Below are positions 28,330 through 38,288 of a stretch of DNA of 62,839 bases, in pieces. Both the position numbers and the translations under genes were made by a program. The notes under the pieces were generated by a model, which was given only the letters and a program-made list of their open reading frames with translations, ran no database searches and was not told where the DNA came from. The stretch comes from an uncultured Prevotella sp. (lineage in GTDB: Bacteria; Bacteroidota; Bacteroidia; Bacteroidales; Bacteroidaceae), in assembly GCA_946183985.1 (NCBI GenBank), contig CAMHDT010000001.1:1-62839 (forward strand). Reading direction: 5' to 3'. Each line of letters opens with the position of its first letter. Position 1 is the stretch's first letter.

Positions 28330-29670
28330 CTAAATAATAGGCAGCGAAATGCCACAAATCTTCTGATACACATCAAGTGCATAGACATCGGTCATGCCAC
28401 TGATATAGTCTATCACTGCCATGAGACGCGTCTCCAAATCAGGACTGTCAATATCATACTGACTGCTCACCCTTCCTATGAGTTGCTGCGAATAGTAGCG
28501 GTCGGGGTGCTCTATGGCCTCAACCATCAGTTCCATCAGCGTCGCCATGATGCGATAACCCGACAACTCCACATCGAGCACAGGGCGACTACGGTAGATG
28601 CGTGCCTTTGATATTTCCGTGCATTTGCGGTAAGCATCACGCTGCATAGGTGCCATGTGCTCAATCAGCGACCCCTCGAAGGTACCGGCAAGAATCTCTT
28701 CCTCATGGTCTATAAAGGTCTTGACACATTCATTTTCTAGTTTACCGATAACGCAGGCACGCAGATACTGTATCTTCTCGTTAGGGTCGGTGAGGTGCTC
28801 ATCGCCTATACGATCGGCTATTTTGTTTTTAGCGGTTTCATCGAAGAATGCCATCATCAAGCCGACGGTTTCATCGAAAGTCAGAATTTTCAGTTTATAG
28901 GCATCTTCCAAGTCCATGATCTCATAGCAGATGTCGTCGGCTGCCTCAACCAAATACACCAAAGGATAACGTGCCCAACGCTCGCTGCCGTCATCGGTCG
29001 TCAGGCGGGGAATGCCCAACTCCTGTGCCACGGTCACATAGTTGTCGTGCTCAGTTGTGAAGAAACCGAACTTTTTCTTTGTAGCATGATACGACGGGAA
29101 AGGATATTTCACAATGCTGGCCAACGTGCTATAGGTCATAGCAAAGCCGCCTTTGCGCCGCCCCTTGAAACTATGGGTGAGCAGGCGGAATGCGTTGGCA
29201 TTGCCGTCGAAACGGGTAATGTCGCTCCAAAATTCAGTCGACACGCGCTGCTGCAACTCCACGCCCTTACCTTCAGTGAAGAAGGTTTGAATGGCCTTCT
29301 CACCAGAATGCCCGAAAGGCGGATTCCCCAAGTCATGAGCCAGACAGGCCGTAGCCACAATCTGTCCTATCTCGGGTATCATGGTATCGATGAAATCGCG
29401 GTTTTTTGAACAGAGGTGTCTGGCTACATCATTACCAAGCGACATGCCCACGCTGGCCACCTCAAGCGAGTGGGTGAGTCTGTTATGCACAAAAATGCTG
29501 CCAGGCAGGGGAAACACCTGTGTCTTGTTTTGCAGGCGGCGGAACGGTGCCGAGAAAATCAGCCGGTCGTAGTCGCGTTTAAACTCAGTGCGGTCATCGT
29601 GCCGCTCCAAATGGCGGTGTTCCTGCCCCAGGCGGCAGTTAGAGATAAGTTGGTTCCAGTTCATCATCAT
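28330..29670 (-). CDS. dgt: Deoxyguanosinetriphosphate triphosphohydrolase (dGTPase)
   Basis: RRLQNKTQVF, HNRLTHSLEV, AHDLGNPPFGHSGE, EAADDICY and DYISGMTD. Confidence 0.93.
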   Translation of the reverse strand: MMMNWNQLISNCRLGQEHRHLERHDDRTEFKRDYDRLIFSAPFRRLQNKTQVFPLPGSIFVHNRLTHSLEVASVGMSLGNDVARHLCSKNRDFIDTMIPEIGQIVATACLAHDLGNPPFGHSGEKAIQTFFTEGKGVELQQRVSTEFWSDITRFDGNANAFRLLTHSFKGRRKGGFAMTYSTLASIVKYPFPSYHATKKKFGFFTTEHDNYVTVAQELGIPRLTTDDGSERWARYPLVYLVEAADDICYEIMDLEDAYKLKILTFDETVGLMMAFFDETAKNKIADRIGDEHLTDPNEKIQYLRACVIGKLENECVKTFIDHEEEILAGTFEGSLIEHMAPMQRDAYRKCTEISKARIYRSRPVLDVELSGYRIMATLMELMVEAIEHPDRYYSQQLIGRVSSQYDIDSPDLETRLMAVIDYISGMTDVYALDVYQKICGISLPII

Positions 29671-29822
29671 TGATTGTAAATAGACCACAAAGGTAGCACA
29701 AAAATTTCAATGCGTAAAAAAAAGGAAACAAAAACGCGGCAGAAAACATATTTTTACACTTATTATATGGCCGTTTCGGAAGAAATGCTTAATTTTGCAC
29801 CTTATTAAAACAACGTACACGC

Positions 29823-30257
29823 ATGAAAATCAATGTTGTCAACCGAGGCCACCAGCCATTGCCTGCCTATGCCACCGAGCAAAGTGCCGGCATGGACTTG
29901 CGTGCCAATATCAGCGAACCCATTGTGTTGAGACCCTTGGAAAGAAGACTCATTCCAACGGGCCTGCATATTGCCCTGCCTGCTGGCTATGAGGCTCAGG
30001 TAAGACCACGTAGCGGCTTGGCCCTGAAAAAGGGTATCACTGTGCTCAATTCACCCGGCACTATCGATGCCGACTATCGCGGCGAAGTGGGCGTGCTGCT
30101 CATCAACCTGTCGCAGGATGATTTTGTGGTGAACGATGGTGAGCGTATTGCGCAAATGGTTATTGCACGCCATGAAAAAGCCGATTTCATCGAAGTTGAA
30201 ATCCTCGACGAAACTGAACGCGGCGACGGCGGCTATGGACACACAGGCGTGAAATGA
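29823..30257 (+). CDS. dut: dUTP diphosphatase
   Basis: [29 protein letters not shown] and [10 protein letters not shown]. Confidence 0.97.
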   Translation: MKINVVNRGHQPLPAYATEQSAGMDLRANISEPIVLRPLERRLIPTGLHIALPAGYEAQVRPRSGLALKKGITVLNSPGTIDADYRGEVGVLLINLSQDDFVVNDGERIAQMVIARHEKADFIEVEILDETERGDGGYGHTGVK

Positions 30258-31951
30258 GGAAGGCAATCATCATATTAACCTGCTGGATGATGTGTTTGGG
30301 CTCCATGGCTCAAACCGATGTTCAGCGCGAGTACGACATCTTGTTTCACCAAGCCATGCTGCAGCGCCAGAAGAGCAACCACGACGCCACCTTCGACCTG
30401 CTCACACGCTGTCTGCAACTGAATGCCAACGCCTCGGAGGCTTGCTTCTTCCTGGCACAATACTACCTTGAACTGAAAAATACTGACAAGGCACTCTACT
30501 ATTTCAAGCGAGCAGCCGACCTATGCCCGGAGAATGCCACTTACATGGAGACACTGGCACAATCGTATGTAAGGAAAGAGATGTATGCCGAGGCCGCCGC
30601 CGTGATCGAGAAGATGTATGCCAGCGACAAAGGCCGTCAGGAACTGCTAGAAACGCTCTACAGCCTCTACATGCAACAGAAAGACTATGACAAAGGCATC
30701 AATGTGCTGAACCGTATGGAAGCCATCGACGGCCGAACCGAGCGCACCGCACTGGCCAAGAGTACGCTCTACACGCAGCAGGGCAACAGCGCACTGGCCG
30801 CCAAGGAAATGAAGGCACTTGCCGACGAGCATCCCAGCGACATGAACTACAAGACGCTCTATGCCAGCGCGCTGATGCTCAACGGCGAACGCTCTGAAGC
30901 CGTAGACCTGCTGAAACAAGTGCTGGCCGAAGAGCCTAACAACATCCGTGCCCAACAGGCCCTGCGCAACTATTACGTATCGGTAGAAGACGCACCTGCC
31001 GTAGACTCCCTCACCCGATGCATTCTCTTGAACCCGCGTGCCACCACTGACGAGAAGGTCTATCAGATGCGCCAACTCATCATTGAAAACGAAAACAACG
31101 GCGGCGACAGCACACAGATACTCAACCTGTTCCGCAGGATGCTGGACACCGACAAGCCCGACGCCGACATTGCCGAACTGGCGGCTGCCTATATGGAGTT
31201 GAAGAAAATGCCACGTGACTCCGTTCAACAGGCACTGGAGTTCGTGCTGCGCCTGGCTCCAGACCGGCCGGCCCCTCGCCTGCACCTGGTGCAGATGGCC
31301 TGGGAAGACGAGAACGACGATCGCATTATAGACCTTTGCCGACAGGCACGCCAGTATAACCCAGAGGAGATGGCGTTCTACTACTATCAGGGCATGGCCT
31401 ATTACAGGAAACAGGACACCGACAATGCACTCGAAGCCTTTCAAAACGGCATCAGCGTCATTGGCGATGACAGTTCGCCCGACATCGTGTCCGACTTCTA
31501 TGCCGTCATGGGCGACCTGCTTTTCATGAAGGAGCGCAAGCAGGAAGCCTTCGCTGCCTACGACTCCTGCCTGCAGTGGAAAGCCGACAACATTGGCTGT
31601 CTGAACAACTATGCCTATTACCTCAGCCTGGAAGGCAACGACCTTGAACGGGCCGAACTGATGAGTTACAAGACCATCAAGGCCGAACCGCAAAACGCTA
31701 CCTACCTTGACACCTATGCATGGATCCTCTTCATGCAAGGGCGCTATGCCGAGGCACGTATCTATATAGACCAAGCCCTGCAGAACGACTCCACGGCCAG
31801 CGCCGTGATCATTGAACATGCCGGCGACATCTATGCCATGGCCGGCGACATAGGCGGTGCGCTGGCCCTATGGCAGCAAGCACAGTCGGAAGACCCGTCC
31901 AACAAACTTCTAGCAAGAAAGATAAAACGAAAGAAATATATTAGAAAATGA
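30254..31951 (+). CDS. Tetratricopeptide repeat protein, secreted
   Basis: Signal peptide, helical TPR pattern and LNNYAYYLS...YLDTYAWIL...EHAGD. Fits the conserved dut-TPR-DUF4292-envC order. Confidence 0.88.
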   Translation: MRKAIIILTCWMMCLGSMAQTDVQREYDILFHQAMLQRQKSNHDATFDLLTRCLQLNANASEACFFLAQYYLELKNTDKALYYFKRAADLCPENATYMETLAQSYVRKEMYAEAAAVIEKMYASDKGRQELLETLYSLYMQQKDYDKGINVLNRMEAIDGRTERTALAKSTLYTQQGNSALAAKEMKALADEHPSDMNYKTLYASALMLNGERSEAVDLLKQVLAEEPNNIRAQQALRNYYVSVEDAPAVDSLTRCILLNPRATTDEKVYQMRQLIIENENNGGDSTQILNLFRRMLDTDKPDADIAELAAAYMELKKMPRDSVQQALEFVLRLAPDRPAPRLHLVQMAWEDENDDRIIDLCRQARQYNPEEMAFYYYQGMAYYRKQDTDNALEAFQNGISVIGDDSSPDIVSDFYAVMGDLLFMKERKQEAFAAYDSCLQWKADNIGCLNNYAYYLSLEGNDLERAELMSYKTIKAEPQNATYLDTYAWILFMQGRYAEARIYIDQALQNDSTASAVIIEHAGDIYAMAGDIGGALALWQQAQSEDPSNKLLARKIKRKKYIRK

Positions 31952-32799
31952 AACACTCAAGCATTCTGACAGCAACCGTCATGGCCCTGACCGTGGCCAT
32001 CCTTGCATCGTGCCACACACACAAGAACGCAGTAAAGGAAACGACGAATGCCAGCCCCGCCTCCACGGAACAGATAACCTTCCTGAAGAAAGTCAGCGAC
32101 AATACACAGAAATCGCAGTTCGTGACTTCAAAAATGAAGTTCACCGTTGAATACGGCCCACAACAGGTGTCGCTCACCGGCAACCTGAAGATGAAGCGCG
32201 ATGATGTTATCAGGCTACAACTCATGGCTTTCGGCTTTGTCGAGGCCGGACGCATCGAGTTTACCAAGGACTATGTACTCATCATGGACCGCATCAACAA
32301 GCAGTATCTCAAGTCCCCCTATGCCCACATCACCTTTCTCCGCAACAGCGGCATCAACTTCTACACGCTGCAGGCCCTCTTTTGGAACGAACTCTTTCTG
32401 CCGGGAAAGCAGAGTCTTGACGGCAATGCCCTTGAAAAGTTAAGCACCACCATGAGTTCTGACGAGGTCGTCATCAGTTTCGATGAAGGAAAGATGAACT
32501 ACAGTTGGCTGGCCAACCAGCAGACGGGGCGCATCAACATGACTAACATTGCCTATCGCGATGCCTACAAAGGCAACACCCAACTGAACTGGGACTACAA
32601 GGGCTTTACTAAACTGGGCACCTCTTCATTCCCCAACGACATGGGTATCACCCTCACCACACCCGACCGCGAAATCAAACTGGGTGTCAAACTGAACTAT
32701 CTGGGCACAGAAAGCGACTGGGAGACCCGCACCGTTGTATCAGACAAATACCGCGAGGTGACCGTCGATGAGATCCTGCGACGCTTCATGGCACTCTAA
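31948..32799 (+). CDS. DUF4292 family lipoprotein
   Basis: Lipobox ILASC, LKMKRDDVIRL, DRINKQY and LQALFWN, plus gene context. Confidence 0.78.
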   Translation: MKHSSILTATVMALTVAILASCHTHKNAVKETTNASPASTEQITFLKKVSDNTQKSQFVTSKMKFTVEYGPQQVSLTGNLKMKRDDVIRLQLMAFGFVEAGRIEFTKDYVLIMDRINKQYLKSPYAHITFLRNSGINFYTLQALFWNELFLPGKQSLDGNALEKLSTTMSSDEVVISFDEGKMNYSWLANQQTGRINMTNIAYRDAYKGNTQLNWDYKGFTKLGTSSFPNDMGITLTTPDREIKLGVKLNYLGTESDWETRTVVSDKYREVTVDEILRRFMAL

Positions 32800-32844
32800 C
32801 CCATATTTATTATCTGGCACACACTAAGCATAAAGATTACCGAC

Positions 32845-34398
32845 ATGATGAAAAGGCTCTGCTTCCTGATTCTGGTGCTCACACTCTGCATGGCATCTTC
32901 GGCCCAAAGGTCGAAGCGCAACACGACGCAGCGCAGACAGAGCACGACCCGCGTGCAACAAAACAAGAAGCGCCAGCCCACAGAGCGCGAACGGATGCAG
33001 GCCGACCAGCAGCGTCTGAGAAACGATATTGCCAAGAAAAAACGGCAGAAACAGGAACTGGACCGCAGGGTGAAGCAGCAAATGCAGGACATGATGGTGC
33101 TGGGCAACGAGATAGACATGAAGCGGCTTACCATCGATTCCATCCGCATTGAACTTGACACAGTGAACGCACACAAGGCACTGCTTGACTCGCAACTCGT
33201 CTGTCTGCAGCGGGAACTGGCCGAGCGTCAGGAGAACTACCGCCAGTCGGTGCGCTATATGCATCGCAACCGCAAGATGCAGAACAAGATGATGTTCATC
33301 TTCAGTGCCAAGAACATGAACCAGATGTATCGGCGCACACGCTTCATGAACGAATATGCCACCTATCAGCGCGCTCAGGGCGAAGCCGTGAAGCAGAAAC
33401 AAGAGCAGGTGGAGCAGAAACAGGCTGAGTTAGACACCGTCAAGGCCCAAATCACCGATCTACTGCACAAGGGCGAGGCCGAACAGCGTCAGATGGAAGC
33501 CAAGAAGCGCGAACAGCAGACACTGGTAGACCAGTTGAAGCAAGAGCGACAGACCGTTCAGACCCTCCTTGCCAAGGAGCAGAGAGAAGAAGCCGAACTG
33601 AACGCGAAGATTGAGCGTCTCATTGCCGAAGAGATTGCCCGCGAAAAGGCACGCATAGAAGCCGAGAAGCGACGCAAGGCCGAAGAGGCAGCCCGCAAGG
33701 AACGTGAACGCAAGGAGCGTGAGCGCCAGTTGGCCGAAGCCGAGAAGCGACGCAAGGCCGAAGAGGCAGCCCGCAAGGAACGTGAACGCAAGGAGCGTGA
33801 GCGCCAGTTGGCCGAAGCCAAGGAGCGTGAGCGCAAGGCAAAGGCAGAAGCCCGCGCTGCCCGTAATGCCGAAGAGAAGAAGGCGGCCAAGCAGCGTCAG
33901 CAGGCAGCCGAGAACGAGCGCAAGACGGTGGAACGTGAGATCAGCAATGCCCGCCGTGAGAGCAGTTACACAGCCGCCGATCCCGACCAGCGTCTCAGCG
34001 GTAGTTTCTCCAACAACAAAGGCCGCTTGCCCATGCCCATCACAGGCAACTATCAGATTGTGCGCGGCTTCGGCGCCAATGTGGCCGAAGGCGTGGGTCG
34101 TGGCGTCCATCTGCCCAGCAAGGGCATCCATCTGAAAGGTCAGTCAGGTGCACAGGCCCGCTGTGTGTTCGATGGTCAGGTAAGCAGTATCTTTGCCAAC
34201 GGCAATACCTATATCGTCATGGTGCGCCATGGCAAGTATATCTCCGTATATTGCGACCTGGCGTCTGTCAGTGTCAGCACCGGACAGAGGGTTTCCACCA
34301 ACCAGACCTTGGGAAAACTCGGACCAGAGCACACCATGCAGTTCCAACTACGCAACTGGACCGAACTGCTTGATCCCCGCCCATGGCTCAGACGATAG
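32845..34398 (+). CDS. envC: EnvC-like murein hydrolase activator (coiled coil + degenerate M23 domain)
   Basis: Signal peptide, long coiled coil, and FSNNKGRLPMPI...VMVRHGKYISVYCDL...MQFQLR lacking the M23 zinc ligands. Confidence 0.8.
   Translation: MMKRLCFLILVLTLCMASSAQRSKRNTTQRRQSTTRVQQNKKRQPTERERMQADQQRLRNDIAKKKRQKQELDRRVKQQMQDMMVLGNEIDMKRLTIDSIRIELDTVNAHKALLDSQLVCLQRELAERQENYRQSVRYMHRNRKMQNKMMFIFSAKNMNQMYRRTRFMNEYATYQRAQGEAVKQKQEQVEQKQAELDTVKAQITDLLHKGEAEQRQMEAKKREQQTLVDQLKQERQTVQTLLAKEQREEAELNAKIERLIAEEIAREKARIEAEKRRKAEEAARKERERKERERQLAEAEKRRKAEEAARKERERKERERQLAEAKERERKAKAEARAARNAEEKKAAKQRQQAAENERKTVEREISNARRESSYTAADPDQRLSGSFSNNKGRLPMPITGNYQIVRGFGANVAEGVGRGVHLPSKGIHLKGQSGAQARCVFDGQVSSIFANGNTYIVMVRHGKYISVYCDLASVSVSTGQRVSTNQTLGKLGPEHTMQFQLRNWTELLDPRPWLRR
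33658..33819 (+). repeat. Perfect 78-bp in-frame tandem duplication in the envC-like gene
   Basis: 33658-33735 is identical to 33736-33813 and encodes EAEKRRKAEEAARKERERKERERQLA twice. Confidence 0.95.
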
Positions 34399-34423
34399 TC
34401 CAGATAAATTCGAACATTAAAAA

Positions 34424-35476
34424 TTAAAATATGTTCAGATAGAGACCGATGGCCTGCTCAATCTCGCTCAGACAGATATACTCGTCGGCACTGTGCGAAC
34501 GGGCCGAGTTGCCCGGCCCCAGTTTAAACGACGGGAATGGCATGAGTGCCTGGTCTGATAACGTGGGCGAGCCGAAGGGCTTTAAGCCCAAAGTCATGCA
34601 ACGCTGCACCAGCGGGTGAGCCATGTCGATGCACGATGAATGCAAGCGGAACGACCGTGCCTTCAGGTCACAGTGCTTCATTTGTTTCTGAAGGAAGGCA
34701 AATACATCCTCATTCTTATCATATTCATTGGTGCGCACATCGATAACGAAATGCAGCAGGTCGGGCACCACATTGTGTTGCGTGCCACTCTCCACCTGTG
34801 TCACCGTCATCTTTGTCGGCCCCAGCAACTCGCTCTCCTTCTTGAAACGATAGTCGCGCAGCCACAGCAGATCGTCAAGAGCCTCGTAAATGGCGTTCAC
34901 CCCTTCGTTGCGGGCGGCATGACCGCTCACACCATGTGCATAGCCGTCAATCACCATCAGTCCCTTTTCAGCCACGGCAGGCTGCATGCCCGTAGGCTCA
35001 CCCACAATAGCGACATCGACCTTAGGCAGCAGTGGCAGCACCCGTTCCACGCCGTCCTTGCCAGACACCTCCTCTTCGGCCGAGGCCAGATAGACCAGAT
35101 TATAGGGCAAGGTCTGGACGCTTAGGATGCGGAACACCTGTAGCAGTGCCATCAGGCCGCCACCGCAGTCGTTAGCCCCAATGCCGTAAAGGCGGTCGCC
35201 CTCCACCATTGGTGCGTATGGGTCTCTTGTCCATGTGGCCACCGGCTTCACCGTGTCTATATGCGCATTGAGCAACACAGTGGTCTTGCCCTCGTCGAAG
35301 CCCGGTGCCACGGCCCACACATTGTTAGCCTCGCGCTGGGGGTTCAGTCCCCATTGTTTCATACGTGCCTCCAAAATATCTGCGGCGGCCATCTCGTTCC
35401 TGCTCACGCGTGGTGTGGCAATCAGTTCCTTCAGCAGTGCCACTGCGTCGTCCGTATACTGTCTGTATTCCATCAT
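34424..35476 (-). CDS. M20 family metallo-hydrolase (ArgE/DapE-like deacylase)
   Basis: LLNAHIDTV, GIGANDCGG, SAEEE, VGEPT, GHAA and SHSADE. Confidence 0.9.
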   Translation of the reverse strand: MMEYRQYTDDAVALLKELIATPRVSRNEMAAADILEARMKQWGLNPQREANNVWAVAPGFDEGKTTVLLNAHIDTVKPVATWTRDPYAPMVEGDRLYGIGANDCGGGLMALLQVFRILSVQTLPYNLVYLASAEEEVSGKDGVERVLPLLPKVDVAIVGEPTGMQPAVAEKGLMVIDGYAHGVSGHAARNEGVNAIYEALDDLLWLRDYRFKKESELLGPTKMTVTQVESGTQHNVVPDLLHFVIDVRTNEYDKNEDVFAFLQKQMKHCDLKARSFRLHSSCIDMAHPLVQRCMTLGLKPFGSPTLSDQALMPFPSFKLGPGNSARSHSADEYICLSEIEQAIGLYLNIF

Positions 35477-35565
35477 GCTGCAAAGATAGACATTTTTCTT
35501 TTATTTCCCAAACACACCACCCAATATTCTTATTATTTCAAGCCACTGCTGACAAAACGAAACAT

Positions 35566-35607
35566 CAAAACTGCGACGTTGTTTTTATAAATTGCGTCGC
35601 AGTTTTG
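35566..35607. terminator. 13-bp perfect inverted repeat downstream of recO, probable intrinsic terminator
   Basis: CAAAACTGCGACG (35566-35578) / CGTCGCAGTTTTG (35595-35607), flanked by A/T runs. Confidence 0.6.
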
Positions 35608-35649
35608 TGTTTTTCAGTAATTTTTGCAAAAAAGTTCATAACACCTTCA

Positions 35650-36405
35650 TCACTGGAAAAGTTCCTGCAGCACGGGCAGCGAGCGCAATGGCGGGAAGGC
35701 GGGCAGGTGAAGCCGATAGTAGAGTTCTATGATTTCAAGCGTGCGGTTGCGCTCGGCACGGCTCATGCGGAACAGGTGCATGGTGGCATAGTCCATGCGC
35801 ATCATCAGTTTCACTCTCGCTGCCTCCTGCGGCATGAGGAAGTCGCGGTGCACTGGCGGTTGCAGACAGAATGTGCCGGCACGCAGGTCGAAATAAATGC
35901 CCTCCTCATGCCTCAGCACTTCAGTCCTCCCGTGCTCCAAGCCATCCAGATTCGGATAGAAACCCAGAAAGCGCGACAGGTGCATGAGAAACACCAGATG
36001 GAAATTGGCATAGCGGCCAGGGCTGTGGTCGAGCCACTCAATGCTGTTGCTGATATAGTCAAACAGACGGCTGTCGGCCTGCTCACTCTTCAAGGCATGA
36101 TACAGAAACTCTGCCACGAAGAGTGCAATGGCCATCTTCACAGGATCGGAAAGCAACATGGCATGGGGCGAGAGCAGCGACACATCGGTCAACTTCTGCA
36201 ACTGCACCTGCGGCCTGATGTCGCATTCCAGGGCCACAACGGTGAGTGGCTGGAAATATGGCTTACCTGTCTTCGACTTACCCGAACGCGACACAGGCAC
36301 GGCAAACGCCAGCCGCCCATGGGTCCTGGTATAGGTGTCTACAATGAGTTTTGTTTCGCCATATTTGAACGAATGCAGTATAATGGCCTCCGTTTTCACT
36401 TTCAT
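35650..36405 (-). CDS. recO: DNA repair protein RecO
   Basis: MKVKTEAIILHSFKYGETKLIVDTYTRTHGR OB-fold start, FQPLT, NFHLVFL..LSRFLGFYP and YYRLHLP. Confidence 0.9.
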   Translation of the reverse strand: MKVKTEAIILHSFKYGETKLIVDTYTRTHGRLAFAVPVSRSGKSKTGKPYFQPLTVVALECDIRPQVQLQKLTDVSLLSPHAMLLSDPVKMAIALFVAEFLYHALKSEQADSRLFDYISNSIEWLDHSPGRYANFHLVFLMHLSRFLGFYPNLDGLEHGRTEVLRHEEGIYFDLRAGTFCLQPPVHRDFLMPQEAARVKLMMRMDYATMHLFRMSRAERNRTLEIIELYYRLHLPAFPPLRSLPVLQELFQ

Positions 36406-36481
36406 GCGGCGAAATTAGCAAAAAAAATGCAAAAAAGAGCATTTTCCTTTAAGAAAATTTGGCAGAACGGGAAAAAAGCCG

Positions 36482-36489
36482 TACTTTTG
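36482..36489 (+). promoter_or_regulatory. -7 element TACTTTTG (with -33 TTTG at 36458-36461) for tRNA-Glu/rpsT
   Basis: Both Bacteroidota promoter boxes are present with 20-bp spacing. Confidence 0.75.
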
Positions 36490-36543
36490 CACCCGCTTTT
36501 GCAATAATGCATGTATCATGCACTATCAATTAAGCATTGAAGG

Positions 36544-36615
36544 GGTCCCTTCGTCTATCGGTTAGGACGAGAGATTTTCATTCTCTAAAGAGGAGTTCGA
36601 CTCTCCTAGGGACTA
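36544..36615 (+). tRNA. tRNA-Glu(TTC)
   Basis: Acceptor stem GGTCCCT/AGGGACT, anticodon arm AGAGA-TTTTCAT-TCTCT and T-arm AGGAG-TTCGACT-CTCCT. No encoded CCA. Confidence 0.96.
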
Positions 36616-36653
36616 CTCATGTCATTCAAGATTAATATTGGATGCATATTAAA

Positions 36654-36762
36654 TCCGCCATCTGCGCAGTGATGCGCTACCAATCGGCAGAAAGGGAACA
36701 GGTGACGGAGAATTCCGCAAGGAATTTGCCAGGGCAGTCGCAATGACGCAAGACCCACAGGC
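36654..36762 (+). ncRNA. Putative structured RNA between tRNA-Glu and rpsT
   Basis: Stem TCCGCCATCTG/CAGGTGACGGA encloses CGCA-GTGA-TGCG and is followed by AATTCC-GCAA-GGAATT (GNRA tetraloops). GC-rich island in an AT-rich spacer. Confidence 0.55.
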
Positions 36763-36801
36763 TTTAAGTAACATTAAACAATTAAAAGATTTAAAATTAA
36801 A

Positions 36802-37056
36802 ATGGCAAACCACAAATCATCGGTGAAGAGAATTCGCCAGGACAAGAAAAAGGCACTGCACAACAAGTACTATGCCAAGACCATGCGCAACGCTGTTCGC
36901 AAACTGCGCGCTATGGAGAACAAAGACGAGGCTATAGCCCTCTACCCCAAAGTCCAGAAGATGCTGGACAAACTGGCAAAGACCAACATTATCCACAAGA
37001 ACAAGGCTGCAAACCTCAAGTCTAGCCTCTGCAAGCAGATTAACAAGATGGACTAA
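36802..37056 (+). CDS. rpsT: 30S ribosomal protein S20
   Basis: [13 protein letters not shown]...[12 protein letters not shown]. Confidence 0.97.
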   Translation: MANHKSSVKRIRQDKKKALHNKYYAKTMRNAVRKLRAMENKDEAIALYPKVQKMLDKLAKTNIIHKNKAANLKSSLCKQINKMD

Positions 37057-37079
37057 AACCCATTCCACAACAATACAAG

Positions 37080-37115
37080 ACCGTGCAAGAACACCACTTG
37101 CACGGTTTTTTCTTT
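37080..37115 (+). terminator. Intrinsic terminator after rpsT
   Basis: ACCGTGCAAG/CTTGCACGGT 10-bp stem followed by TTTTTCTTT. Confidence 0.88.
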
Positions 37116-37132
37116 CCAAGCACACCGCTATC

Positions 37133-38011
37133 ATGACCGACAACATCATCTCAAGCACACAGAATCCAAAGATAAAACGCCTGCTGGCATTTCAGCAGAA
37201 GTCGTCAGAGCGCCGCAAAGCCGGCCTCTTCGTGGTGGAAGGCTGCCGCGAGGTGGAGCACTGCCTGGAGGCCGGATACGAAGTAGAGAGCCTCTTTGTC
37301 AGCGAAGAGTTTCACTTTTCTTGCGTCCCTTCTTGCGTCCCTTCTTGCGTCCCTTCGGTAGCAAGCGGCAAGCCGAGCACGGTAGCAAGCGGCCAGAGGT
37401 CGAGCACACTCTTCACTGGCGAAGCACCTTGCTCTTCACGTTATATCGTCACCCCAAAGGTCTATGAGCATATAGCCTACCGCGGCAGCACCGAGGGCAT
37501 CGTGGCCATTGTGAAAGCCCGACACTTCACGCTCGACGACCTGCAACTGGGTCCGGCACCGCTCATCGTGGTGCTTGAGAGCGTGGAGAAACCAGGCAAC
37601 CTGGGGGCTATCCTGCGCTCGGCTGACGCCGCTGGTGCCGATGCCGTCATCGTCTGCGACCCGCTCACCGACCTTTACAACCCCAACCTCATTCGCTCCA
37701 GCATAGGCGCCGTGTTCACCGTGCCTACGGTAGCATGCACCAGCGAGGCGTGCATCGCCTTCCTGAAGGCTAGCGGCATACAGATTCTCACCGCACAATT
37801 GCAGGACAGCCTCCCCTACTACGACACACCCATGACCATCCCCACAGCCCTCGTCATGGGCACCGAGAGCACAGGTCTCACCCAGCAGTGGCGACAGGCT
37901 GCCACCGCCCACATCCGCATTCCCATGCTCGGTCGCCTCGACTCCCTCAACGTGTCGGTGTCCACCGCCATCCTCCTCTATGAAGCCGTGAGGCAAAGAC
38001 AGGCACAGTAA
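37133..38011 (+). CDS. TrmH/SpoU family RNA methyltransferase with repeat-derived in-frame insert
   Basis: ISSTQNPKIK, VEKPGNLGAILRSADAAG, MGTESTGL and IPMLGRLDSLNVSVS. Carries insert SCVPSCVPSCVPSVASGKPSTVASGQ. Confidence 0.92.
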   Translation: MTDNIISSTQNPKIKRLLAFQQKSSERRKAGLFVVEGCREVEHCLEAGYEVESLFVSEEFHFSCVPSCVPSCVPSVASGKPSTVASGQRSSTLFTGEAPCSSRYIVTPKVYEHIAYRGSTEGIVAIVKARHFTLDDLQLGPAPLIVVLESVEKPGNLGAILRSADAAGADAVIVCDPLTDLYNPNLIRSSIGAVFTVPTVACTSEACIAFLKASGIQILTAQLQDSLPYYDTPMTIPTALVMGTESTGLTQQWRQAATAHIRIPMLGRLDSLNVSVSTAILLYEAVRQRQAQ

Positions 38012-38048
38012 ATCCCATCCACTAAGATATAAAAGCATGGAGGTTGGA

Positions 38049-38111
38049 AAAAATTTTGGCCATTATTTCTTCAATTTTGGCCAAAATTTAGAAAATTATG
38101 GCCAAAATTTT
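38049..38111. repeat. Triple TGGCCA-centred palindrome array, 21-bp spacing (copy 1)
   Basis: TGGCCA at 38057, 38078 and 38099 within AATTTTGGCCAAAATT-like units. Confidence 0.9.
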
Positions 38112-38288
38112 ATTCGGGCATGAACTGAAAGGAAGTCAACGGTGACAGAAGGAACAGGTCACTCATATCCCAAACTCACTTATCGATGTTAATTGTACTC
38201 AGAAAAGCAAAAGAAAAATGGATTTTCCTTTTGCTTTTTGCGCTTTTTTTTGTAACTTTGCAGCCTATTTAGGACTTTTTAAAAGAAC

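Noticed and set aside
36544..36615. tRNA-Glu as an integration site for an island
   Set aside because: No integrase, and I saw no duplicated tRNA 3' end in the window; the flanks are core genes.
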